Shown: positions 1-7,787, numbered from the stretch's first letter. The stretch is DNA of 33,933 nt from an uncultured bacterium (GCA_964502135.1 CAZCUO010000049.1:1-33933), one strand, 5' to 3'. The notes: generated by a model from the sequence alone, not told the origin. Numbers and translations are program-made.

Positions 1-50
1 CGGCATACGATATCGGTCTCGGCATTCCTGCTGAACCGCTCTTCCGATCT
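1..50. other. Illumina paired-end adapter / PCR primer 2.0 tail (technical contamination at the contig end)
   Basis: CGGCATACGATATCGGTCTCGGCATTCCTGCTGAACCGCTCTTCCGATCT matches the known ...CGGCATACGAGATCGGTCTCGGCATTCCTGCTGAACCGCTCTTCCGATCT primer tail at 49/50 positions. It is GC-rich, unlike the rest of the window. Confidence 0.9.
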
Positions 51-201
51 TAAAACAATTTTTTAAAAAAGAACTTTTTTCTCTACTTTCTAATTCAAAT
101 AAATTAACATCAAAATTTTTTAACTTAAGTATTTCATATATCTTCACTGCAAGTTTTCTGGTATTGCCTGTAAGCGAAAAATAAACTATAATTATTTTCA
201 T
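51..201 (-). CDS. flavodoxin-like protein, N-terminal fragment truncated by the contig end/adapter
   Basis: The reverse strand from the ATG at 201-199 reads MKIIIVYFSLTGNTRKLAVKIYEILKLKNFDVNLFELESREKSSFLKNCF with no stop before the adapter junction. MKI.IVYFS.TGNT.K.A is the classical flavodoxin-fold N-terminus. This ORF is not in the supplied track. Confidence 0.5.
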
Positions 202-233
202 TTATTTAAATATTATAACATACAAAGGAGAAA

Positions 234-1340
234 ATGGAAAAAGAATTTTCTTTTCAGGAATTTTTGGAACTATCAAAAGAAAAAAATGCCTCTGATATTC
301 ATTTACAGGTTGGTTCAAAACCCGTATTAAGGATTAAAGGAGAAATTGTAAAAATAGAAGAATATGAAAAGATAAATGAAGATGATCTCAATAAAATAAT
401 TTTTGAATTTCTTCAGGAAAAAGAAAAGAAAATTCTGGAGGAAACAGGTAATATTGATACTTCTATGGGATTTCATGATATAGGCAGATTTCGTGTTAAT
501 ATTTTTAAACAAAGAGGAACATTTGCTCTTGTAGCAAGAAGAATAACATCTTTTATCCCTGATTTTGAAACATTAAATTTACCTGAAAGCACAAAAAAAG
601 TATGTGAATTTTTAAATGGACTTGTTCTTGTAACAGGTCCTACAGGAAGTGGAAAATCAAGTACTCTTGCTGCAATAATAAATCAAATAAACAAAACAAG
701 AGCATGTCATATTTTATGTATTGAAGACCCTATTGAATATCTTTACAAAAATGATAAAGCAATAATAACTCAAAGGGAAATTGGAATAGATGTTAGAACT
801 TTTAAAGAAGCATTAAAATATGCAGTAAGACAAGACCCAGATGTTATTCTTATTGGTGAAATAAGAGATGAAGAAACAGTTGAATTTGCAATTCATGCTG
901 CTGAAACAGGACATCTTGTATTTGGAACATTACACAGTCAAAATGCAACATTAACAATAGGAAGAATTTTAAATTTCTTTCCTGAAACAAAGCAACCACA
1001 GGTAAGAAAAGATTTAAGTTTACATTTAAGATGTGTAATATCACAAATACTTCTTCCATCAATAAAAGAAAAAGTCCAAAGAGTACCAGCAGTAGAAATT
1101 ATGTTTGTTAATCCTTTAATTTCTCGTTTAATCCTTGAAGGTGAAGATGGGAAAATAATCAAAGCTATAAAAAGTGGAAAAAATGAAGGCATGCAGGACT
1201 TTGAAGATTCTCTTTTAGACCTTTATAACAGAGGGTTTATAGATAAAGAAACTGCTTTAAAATATGCGGAAAATCCACATTCTCTTGAAATGAAAATGAA
1301 GGGAATATTTCTTGCTGAAGAGGGAGGAATTGTTCTTTAA
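234..1340 (+). CDS. pilT: type IV pilus retraction ATPase, PilT family
   Basis: 368-aa ORF with an SD (aaggag) upstream. Motifs: ASDIHL..GSKPVLRIKG N-domain, Walker A GPTGSGKSST, Asp box DPDVILIGEIRD, His box TGHLVFGTLHS. Confidence 0.9.
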   Translation: MEKEFSFQEFLELSKEKNASDIHLQVGSKPVLRIKGEIVKIEEYEKINEDDLNKIIFEFLQEKEKKILEETGNIDTSMGFHDIGRFRVNIFKQRGTFALVARRITSFIPDFETLNLPESTKKVCEFLNGLVLVTGPTGSGKSSTLAAIINQINKTRACHILCIEDPIEYLYKNDKAIITQREIGIDVRTFKEALKYAVRQDPDVILIGEIRDEETVEFAIHAAETGHLVFGTLHSQNATLTIGRILNFFPETKQPQVRKDLSLHLRCVISQILLPSIKEKVQRVPAVEIMFVNPLISRLILEGEDGKIIKAIKSGKNEGMQDFEDSLLDLYNRGFIDKETALKYAENPHSLEMKMKGIFLAEEGGIVL

Positions 1341-1382
1341 TAATTTCTTAATTTTATACCTATTTCAATCTTTCTCTATCGG

Positions 1383-2204
1383 TCATTCAAATAAATTTCT
1401 ATATTCAGGAACAACATCTGAAACAAATTTTCTCATTCCTTCTGCTGTTTTATAATGTATTAGCATTTCTTTAAGAACATAAAATGGAATTGTAGCAATA
1501 TGAGCGCCAGTTTCTGCAATTTCTCTTATCTGTCTTGAATTTCTTATAGACGCTGCTATAATTTCTGTTTCAAAATTATATTTTTTAAAAATCTCCACAA
1601 TTCTTCTTACAAGGTCAACCCCACTTAAAATGCCATTATCATTTATTATTTTCCCATCAAATTCAACACCATTTTCAGGATAATACTCATCCTTTTTAAA
1701 ATCCTTCCATCCAATCTTTTCGCTTCTTAAATAATCATCAATTCTTCCTGCAAATGGACTTACATATTTTGCTCCTGCTTTTGCTGCTAAAATTGCTTGT
1801 TCTACTTTCATAATTAAAGTCACATTTACAGGAATCCCTTCTTTTGAAAGTTTATAAATTGTTTTAAGTCCATCAAAATCTGCTTTTTCTTCAAGAGATG
1901 GATTAATAGGAATTTTTATAACAACATTATTTGCAATTTTATTAAATTTTTCAAAAAGAATTTTTGCCTCTTTATACATATCATCAAAATTTGTTCCTAT
2001 AACTTCCAGACTAACCGGATATCCTTTTGCAACTTCAAGAATTCTTTTTATATATGATTCCATATCTATCTTTTCCCCCTTATTTCTCAATTCATCGCAT
2101 GCTGCTTTTATTAAAGAAGGATTTGTTGTAACTCCATCAATAATTCCCCATGAAAATGCTTCTTCTATTTCATTTATTTTTGCTGTGTCTATAAATATTT
2201 TCAT
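1383..2204 (-). CDS. tal: transaldolase / fructose-6-phosphate aldolase family protein (long form, 273 aa)
   Basis: Motifs: FIDTA..NEIEEA...GIIDGVTTNPSLI, Schiff-base lysine context VVIKIP, YVSPFAGRIDD, IIAASIRN. An SD (aggag) lies upstream on the minus strand. About 50 aa longer than the usual 215-220 aa small transaldolases. Confidence 0.8.
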   Translation of the reverse strand: MKIFIDTAKINEIEEAFSWGIIDGVTTNPSLIKAACDELRNKGEKIDMESYIKRILEVAKGYPVSLEVIGTNFDDMYKEAKILFEKFNKIANNVVIKIPINPSLEEKADFDGLKTIYKLSKEGIPVNVTLIMKVEQAILAAKAGAKYVSPFAGRIDDYLRSEKIGWKDFKKDEYYPENGVEFDGKIINDNGILSGVDLVRRIVEIFKKYNFETEIIAASIRNSRQIREIAETGAHIATIPFYVLKEMLIHYKTAEGMRKFVSDVVPEYRNLFE

Positions 2205-2244
2205 TTTTTCTCCTAGTTAAATATGCCAGGGAATAGATTCTCAA

Positions 2245-2320
2245 TCGGGGCGCTCGGATTTGAACCGAGGACCTCTTGGTCCCAAACCAAGCGCGCTTAA
2301 CCGGACTGCGCTACGCCCCG
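2245..2320 (-). tRNA. tRNA-Pro: tRNA-Pro (anticodon UGG)
   Basis: The reverse complement CGGGGCGTAGCGCAGTCCGGTTAAGCGCGCTTGGTTTGGGACCAAGAGGTCCTCGGTTCAAATCCGAGCGCCCCGA folds as a cloverleaf. Acceptor stem CGGGGCG/CGCCCCG, D stem GCGC/GCGC, anticodon stem CTTGG/CCAAG with loop TTTGGGA, T arm CTCGG-TTCAAAT-CCGAG, discriminator A. CCA is not encoded. Confidence 0.93.
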
Positions 2321-2337
2321 TATTTAATCAATTATAC

Positions 2338-2366
2338 TTCAAATTTTTTCAAAAATCAATTATAAT
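2338..2366 (+). promoter_or_regulatory. putative sigma70-type promoter (TTCAAA-17 nt-TATAAT) placed for a leaderless glycerate kinase mRNA
   Basis: -35 TTCAAA at 2338-2343, 17-nt spacer, -10 TATAAT at 2361-2366. The ATG at 2373 is 6 nt after the -10 and there is no SD between them. Confidence 0.4.
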
Positions 2367-2372
2367 TTTTTT

Positions 2373-3503
2373 ATGAAAATAGTTGTTGCTCCAAATTCTT
2401 TCAAAGGATGTTTGAAATCAACAGATATAGTTAAAATAATTGAAAAAGAAATAATAAAGATTATTCCTTCCGTAGAAATAATAAAATTCCCAATTGCTGA
2501 TGGTGGAGATGGAACAGTTGAGGTTCTAAAAAATATAGTTGGTGGTAAATATATTGAGATAGAAGCACATGACCCTCTTGGAAGAAAAATAAAAACAAAA
2601 TATTTAATAAAAGAGAAAACTGCTTTTATTGAAATGGCTAAAATATCAGGTCTTGCATTGTTAAAAGAAAATGAAAAAAATCCATTAAAAACAACAACTT
2701 ATGGACTTGGAGAAATTATAATTGATGCTATAAATAATGGCTGTGGAAAAATTTATGTAGGAGTTGGTGGAAGTGCAACAAATGATGGTGGTATAGGTTT
2801 TTTAACAGCCATTGGTTTTAAATTTATTGACAAAAGCGGAAATATCATTTATCCAGGCAAAGGAGAAGACCTTTTAAAAATTAAAAAAATTGAGTATCCT
2901 AAAAATTATAAGGAATTGAAAAAAATTAAATTTATAGTTCTTTCAGATGTTGAAAACCCTCTTTATGGTAAAAATGGTGCATCTTATGTATATGGACCCC
3001 AAAAAGGTGCTGATATAGAAATGGTAAAATTACTTGATAAGGGATTGAGGCATTACGCAAAACTGATTAAAAAATATACAGGGATTGAAGTAAATAAAAT
3101 TAAGGGGTCTGGTGCTGCAGGTGGAATTAGTGCTGGTTTTATATCCTTTTTGAATGCAGAAATTTTTTCAGGTATTAAAGAGATTTTAAAAATAGGAGAA
3201 TTTGAAGAGAAAATTAAAAATGCAAACCTTATAATAACAGGCGAAGGCAAAATAGACAAACAATCATTTTATGGAAAAGCAGTTGGAGAAATTATAAAAT
3301 ATTCAGAAAAATATAAAATTCCTACAATAGTTCTTGCTGGAATAGTTGATGAAAATGTTTATAAATTTTTAAAAAGTGAGTTTGTTTCAATTTTTAGTAT
3401 TGTTCCATGTCCTGTATTTGTTGAAGAATCAATCAAAAATGCAAAAAAATATCTTAAAATAAAAATAAATCAAATACTTAAAATTCTCAAAAACTACCTC
3501 TGA
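2373..3503 (+). CDS. glxK: glycerate kinase (GlxK/GarK family)
   Basis: 376 aa. Motifs: MKIVVAPNSFKG, ADGGDGT, GVGGSATNDGG, ITGEGKIDKQSFYGK, all typical of the glycerate kinase family. Confidence 0.85.
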   Translation: MKIVVAPNSFKGCLKSTDIVKIIEKEIIKIIPSVEIIKFPIADGGDGTVEVLKNIVGGKYIEIEAHDPLGRKIKTKYLIKEKTAFIEMAKISGLALLKENEKNPLKTTTYGLGEIIIDAINNGCGKIYVGVGGSATNDGGIGFLTAIGFKFIDKSGNIIYPGKGEDLLKIKKIEYPKNYKELKKIKFIVLSDVENPLYGKNGASYVYGPQKGADIEMVKLLDKGLRHYAKLIKKYTGIEVNKIKGSGAAGGISAGFISFLNAEIFSGIKEILKIGEFEEKIKNANLIITGEGKIDKQSFYGKAVGEIIKYSEKYKIPTIVLAGIVDENVYKFLKSEFVSIFSIVPCPVFVEESIKNAKKYLKIKINQILKILKNYL

Positions 3504-3507
3504 AATT

Positions 3508-3560
3508 CATTGTCTATCAACCATTCCCACATCCCACCTTAGAGGTGGGGAAAGGGGGGA
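3508..3560 (+). repeat. GC-rich palindromic intergenic element, copy A (core hairpin CCCACCT-tag-AGGTGGG at 3533-3549)
   Basis: cattgtctatcaaccattcccacatCCCACCTtagAGGTGGGgaaagggggga. It has a C-rich left arm and a G-rich right arm, starts 5 nt after the glxK stop, and is about 80% identical to copy B over the left half. Confidence 0.7.
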
Positions 3561-3565
3561 TTTAT

Positions 3566-3594
3566 TTGACATATATAAGGGAAAGAAGTAAATT
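3566..3594 (+). promoter_or_regulatory. putative promoter (TTGACA-17 nt-TAAATT) placed for a leaderless nrdJ mRNA
   Basis: -35 TTGACA at 3566-3571, 17-nt spacer, -10 TAAATT at 3589-3594. The TTG at 3600 and ATG at 3603 follow 5 and 8 nt later, with no SD at a functional distance. Confidence 0.4.
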
Positions 3595-3599
3595 TATTA

Positions 3600-6500
3600 T
3601 TGATGGTTGAATATATTAAAAAAAGAGATGGTTCAATACAGAAGTTCCTACCAGAAAAGATAGAATTTGCTATTTATAGGGCATTAAAATCACAAAATAT
3701 TGATGATATTGGTCTTGCAACACGTTTAACACAAAAGGTTATAGAAAAGATAGAAAAAGATAAAATACCAACTGTTGAAGAAATTCAAGATATAGTTGAA
3801 AATGTTTTAATAGAAAATGGCCTTTCTAATGTTGCAAAAGCATATATACTCTACAGGGAAAAAAGAAAACAGATACGAGAAAGCAAAAAAATTCTTGGTA
3901 TTGAAGATAAACTTAAACTTTCTGTAAATTCAATAAATGTATTAAGGAAAAGATATTTATTGAGAAATGAAAAAGGAGAAATAATTGAAACACCTGATGA
4001 AATGTTTAAAAGAGTTGCAAAACATGTTGCTTCTGTTGAAAAAGAAAAAAATAGATATGAAGAGGAATTTTATAATATAATGGCAAATCTTGAATTCCTC
4101 CCAAATTCACCAACATTAATGAATGCTGGAACTCCTATTGGACAACTTTCTGCATGTTTTGTTTTACCTGTTGAAGACTCAATTGATGGAATATTTACTA
4201 CATTGAAAAATATGGCTCTTATTCATAAAAGTGGTGGAGGCACAGGCTTTTCTTTTTCAAATTTAAGACCCAAAGGAGACATTGTTGGTTCCACAAAAGG
4301 AGTAGCGTCTGGTCCTGTTTCTTTTATGGAAATTTATGATAAAGCAACAGAAATAGTTAAACAAGGAGGAAAAAGGCGTGGTGCAAATATGGGAATTTTA
4401 AATTATAACCATCCTGATATTTATGAATTTATTACTTCTAAAAGAAAAAATATACTTACAAATTTTAATATCTCTGTTGCTGTAGGTGATGAGTTTATGG
4501 AAAAAGTTATTAAAAAAGAAAAATATCCTCTTATAAATCCAAGAAATGGAGAGGTGGTAAGAGAAGTTTATGCAAATGAAATTTTTGATTTAATATGTCA
4601 AAGTGCTTGGGAAGTAGGTGACCCTGGATTAATTTATATAGATGAAATAAATAGACATAATCCTACTCCATCCATAGGAAAAATAGAAGCGACCAACCCT
4701 TGTCTTTCAGGAGATACGTGGATTTTAACTCCAAAAGGTCCATTTAAAATAAAAGAAATAGTTGGAAAATTTATTGCAATATCCTTAAATGGAAAATTCT
4801 ACTATACGAATGAAGATGGCTTTTTTTATAGTGGAGAGAAAGATGTATTTAAAATAATCACAAAAAAAGGATATGAGTTAAAATTGACAGAAGAACATCC
4901 TTTAAGGAGTATCCAGAAAATTACAAGATATAAAATACATGAAACCTGGAAAAAAGTTAAAGAACTTAAACCGGGAAATAAAATTATTTTATCTAATAAT
5001 AGAGAAATTTATTGGAAAGGAGATAGTAAATTTGAAGAAGGATACCTTCTCGGTCTTTTAATCGGAGATGGAACACTTAACAAAGAAAGAGGTGTAATAT
5101 CCGTATGGGGAAATAATGAAGGAGCAAAATCTGTTATCTATGAGGTAGAAAAAGCATCAAAAATTCTTCCCCGTAGAAAAGATTTTAAAGGATTCATAAA
5201 AGTATCAAATAAGAGAGAGGAATACAGGTTAAGAATGGCTTCAATAAGAGACCTTGCAGAAAAATTTGGAATACTTCCAGGAAGAAAAATAATTACAGAA
5301 AAAGTAGAAAAAACAGGATATGAATTTTATAAGGGATTTATAAGAGGAATTTTTGACGCAGATGGAACTGTTGTAGGGAATTTAAAAAAGGGAATATCTA
5401 TAAGATTATGGCAAAAGGATATAAACAATCTTAAAATTATTCAGAGGATGCTTTTAAGAATGGGAATAGTGTCACAAATTTATAAATTTAGGAAAAAGGG
5501 AGGTAAAAAACTTCTTCCAGATGGTAAAAATGGATACAAATATTATTATGTTAAAGATGGACATGAACTTATTATAAGTGGAGATAATATAGAAGTTTTT
5601 GCCAGAAAAATTGGTTTTGGAAATATTGAAAAAAGTAAAAAACTTGAAAATCTTCTCAAATCATTTAAAAGAAAATTAAATAAAGAAAGATTTATTGATG
5701 AAATAGAAAAAATAGAATATTGTGGAAAAGAAAAGGTATATGATGTTAAGGTTCCGGGGATAAATGCTTTTGAAGCAAATGGATTTTATGTCCATAATTG
5801 TGGAGAACAACCACTACTTCCTTATGAGTCATGTAATCTTGGTTCAATAAATCTTACAAAAATTCTTAATAATGGAAAAATAAACTGGGAAAAACTTGAC
5901 AAAATTATTGAAATTTCTGTTAGATTTCTTGATAATGTTATAGATGTCAATAAATATCCTTTGCCTGAAATTGAAAAAATGACAAAAGCAAATAGGAAAA
6001 TAGGCCTAGGAATTATGGGATGGGCTGACTTATTACTTGAACTTAAAATACCTTATGGAAGTGATGAGAGTTTTAAACTTGCAGAAAATTTAATGAAGTT
6101 TATAAATGAAAAGGCATTTGAATATTCAGTTAAAATTGGAAGAGAAAAGGGTTCTTTTCCAAATTTTGAAAAATCAATTTATTATGGAAAAATAGATACT
6201 TTAAGGAATGCAACAAGGACAACAATTGCACCGACAGGAAGCATTAGTATAATAGCAAATTGTTCAAGTGGAATAGAACCTATATTTGGAGTTGCTTTTA
6301 TTAGAAATATTCTTGAAGGAACAAAATTCATTGAAATAAACCCTGTGTTTGAAAAAATTGCGAAAGAAAATAAATTTTTAAATACAGAAATTCTTAAAGA
6401 AATAATAAAAACTGGCTCATTGAAAAATGTAAAAGGGATTCCTGAAGAATATAAAAAGATATTTTTAACCGCCCTTGACATACCACCATTATTACATTTA

Positions 6501-6758
6501 AAAATGCAATCAATTTTCCAAAAATATACTGATAATGCTGTCTCAAAAACAGTCAATTTACCTTATCAGGCAACAATAGAAGAAGTGAAAGAAATTTTTA
6601 TAAATGGGTGGAAGATGAAATGTAAAGGTGTAACTATTTTCAGGTATGGAAGCAGAAATTCTCAAGTTTTAAGTTATGGTGGTTCTTTGGAAGAAATTGA
6701 TTATCTTATGCTTCCTGATGAAATTTCAAGTTGTTCAAAAGGTATATGTTTTTACTGA
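3600..6758 (+). CDS. nrdJ: adenosylcobalamin-dependent (class II) ribonucleotide reductase with N-terminal ATP-cone, interrupted by an in-frame intein
   Basis: ATP-cone: IKKRDGSIQKF..EKI. RNR core motifs: LPNSPTLMNAGT, SACFVL, GGGTGFSFSNLRPKG, ATNP|CGEQPLLPYESCNLGSINL, APTGSISI, AVSKTVNLP, KGVTIFRYGSR. The mature extein is about 686 aa. The true start is probably the ATG at 3603, because the track start at 3600 is TTG. Confidence 0.9.
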   Translation: MMVEYIKKRDGSIQKFLPEKIEFAIYRALKSQNIDDIGLATRLTQKVIEKIEKDKIPTVEEIQDIVENVLIENGLSNVAKAYILYREKRKQIRESKKILGIEDKLKLSVNSINVLRKRYLLRNEKGEIIETPDEMFKRVAKHVASVEKEKNRYEEEFYNIMANLEFLPNSPTLMNAGTPIGQLSACFVLPVEDSIDGIFTTLKNMALIHKSGGGTGFSFSNLRPKGDIVGSTKGVASGPVSFMEIYDKATEIVKQGGKRRGANMGILNYNHPDIYEFITSKRKNILTNFNISVAVGDEFMEKVIKKEKYPLINPRNGEVVREVYANEIFDLICQSAWEVGDPGLIYIDEINRHNPTPSIGKIEATNPCLSGDTWILTPKGPFKIKEIVGKFIAISLNGKFYYTNEDGFFYSGEKDVFKIITKKGYELKLTEEHPLRSIQKITRYKIHETWKKVKELKPGNKIILSNNREIYWKGDSKFEEGYLLGLLIGDGTLNKERGVISVWGNNEGAKSVIYEVEKASKILPRRKDFKGFIKVSNKREEYRLRMASIRDLAEKFGILPGRKIITEKVEKTGYEFYKGFIRGIFDADGTVVGNLKKGISIRLWQKDINNLKIIQRMLLRMGIVSQIYKFRKKGGKKLLPDGKNGYKYYYVKDGHELIISGDNIEVFARKIGFGNIEKSKKLENLLKSFKRKLNKERFIDEIEKIEYCGKEKVYDVKVPGINAFEANGFYVHNCGEQPLLPYESCNLGSINLTKILNNGKINWEKLDKIIEISVRFLDNVIDVNKYPLPEIEKMTKANRKIGLGIMGWADLLLELKIPYGSDESFKLAENLMKFINEKAFEYSVKIGREKGSFPNFEKSIYYGKIDTLRNATRTTIAPTGSISIIANCSSGIEPIFGVAFIRNILEGTKFIEINPVFEKIAKENKFLNTEILKEIIKTGSLKNVKGIPEEYKKIFLTALDIPPLLHLKMQSIFQKYTDNAVSKTVNLPYQATIEEVKEIFINGWKMKCKGVTIFRYGSRNSQVLSYGGSLEEIDYLMLPDEISSCSKGICFY
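4701..5798 (+). mobile_element. intein (366 aa) with LAGLIDADG (dodecapeptide) homing-endonuclease domain, inserted in the NP/CGE active-site motif of NrdJ
   Basis: Block A: Cys1 in CLSGDTWILT (tgt 4701-4703). Block B: TEEHPL. Two LAGLIDADG motifs: LLGLLIGDGTL (about 5041-5078) and FIRGIFDADGTV (about 5333-5372). Blocks F/G: VYDVKVPGINAFEANGFYVHN, ending at 5798, followed by the +1 Cys (tgt 5799-5801) of CGEQ. In frame with both exteins. Confidence 0.9.
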
Positions 6759-6770
6759 AAGGAGAAAAAT

Positions 6771-7787
6771 ATGGAGATAGCAAGATACTGGAAAAAACTC
6801 GGAGAAGAAAAAGTGCAGTGTGAATTATGTAATCACTTCTGTGTAATTGAACCAAATAATATTGGAAAATGTGGAGTTAGATTAAATAAAGGAGGTATTT
6901 TGTACTCACTTGTCTATGGAGAAATTGTTGCTGAAAATATAGACCCTATTGAAAAAAAACCATTTTATCATTTTTTTCCTGGAAGTTTTTCATTTTCAAT
7001 TGCAACATGTGGATGTAATTTCTTCTGCCCTTTTTGCCAAAATTATGAAATTTCTCATCTCCCAAAAGAAGGAAGAATTTTTACAATAAGAAAAAGAAAA
7101 CCAGAAGAAATTGTTAACCTTGCCAAAAAGTATAATTGCATTTCAATTTCATATACATATACGGAACCAACTGTCTTTGGAGAATTTGCCTTTGATACAT
7201 GTAAAATCGCAAAAGAAAATGGTATTTATAATAATTTTGTTACAAATGGGTATATGAGCAAAAGTTTTCTGAAGGATATTTCTGAATTTCTTGATGCAGC
7301 AAATGTTGATCTTAAAGGAGATGAAGAATTCTACAAAAAATTACCACAAGCAAACCAAAAATATGTTGTAGAGAATATTGAATTAATGAGAGAATTGAAT
7401 ATATGGGTAGAAGTTACAACTCTTTTAATTCCCGAATATAATGATAGTGAAAAGCAAATAAAAGATATTGCAAGAAAGATTAAAAACATTGACAATAAAA
7501 TTCCTTGGCATATAAGTAGATTTTTCCCTGCATATAAAATGTCAGACCATTATCCCACAGAAATTGAAAAAATAAGGAGAGCAAGAGAAATCGGTTTTGA
7601 AGAAGGCCTTTTATATGTTTATACTGGAAATATAGTTGGAGATGTAGGAGAAAATACTTATTGCCCTTATTGTAAAAACTTATTGATAGAAAGATATGGT
7701 TACAGAATATTGAAAAAAAATCTTATAGTTAATAAATGCTCTTTCTGTGGCAAAGTCATTGATGGAATTTTTACTTCGGAATCGTAA
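6771..7787 (+). CDS. amrS: AmmeMemoRadiSam-system-type radical SAM enzyme (PflA/NrdG-activase-like superfamily)
   Basis: 338 aa with an SD (aaggag) 12 nt after the nrdJ stop. N-terminal Cys cluster CELCNHFCVIEPNNIGKCGVR, DPIEKKPFYHFFPGS, radical SAM CGCNFFCPFCQNYEIS (CxxxCxxC), and a C-terminal CPYC...CSFCG ribbon. Confidence 0.7.
   Translation: MEIARYWKKLGEEKVQCELCNHFCVIEPNNIGKCGVRLNKGGILYSLVYGEIVAENIDPIEKKPFYHFFPGSFSFSIATCGCNFFCPFCQNYEISHLPKEGRIFTIRKRKPEEIVNLAKKYNCISISYTYTEPTVFGEFAFDTCKIAKENGIYNNFVTNGYMSKSFLKDISEFLDAANVDLKGDEEFYKKLPQANQKYVVENIELMRELNIWVEVTTLLIPEYNDSEKQIKDIARKIKNIDNKIPWHISRFFPAYKMSDHYPTEIEKIRRAREIGFEEGLLYVYTGNIVGDVGENTYCPYCKNLLIERYGYRILKKNLIVNKCSFCGKVIDGIFTSES

Noticed and set aside
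3504-3599. A cobalamin riboswitch or NrdR box upstream of nrdJ.
   Set aside because: The whole intergenic region is only 96 nt, which is too short for a B12 riboswitch, and no B12-box-like sequence is visible. I could find no 16-bp NrdR-type palindrome.
3600-7787. Reading the RNR plus the adjacent radical SAM gene as a class III NrdD/NrdG pair.
   Set aside because: The RNR has class II/I-type motifs (NPCGE, SCNLGS, KTVNLP, YRxGSR) and no C-terminal glycyl-radical motif. The rSAM protein is 338 aa with AmmeMemoRadiSam-type Cys clusters, which is much longer than NrdG.
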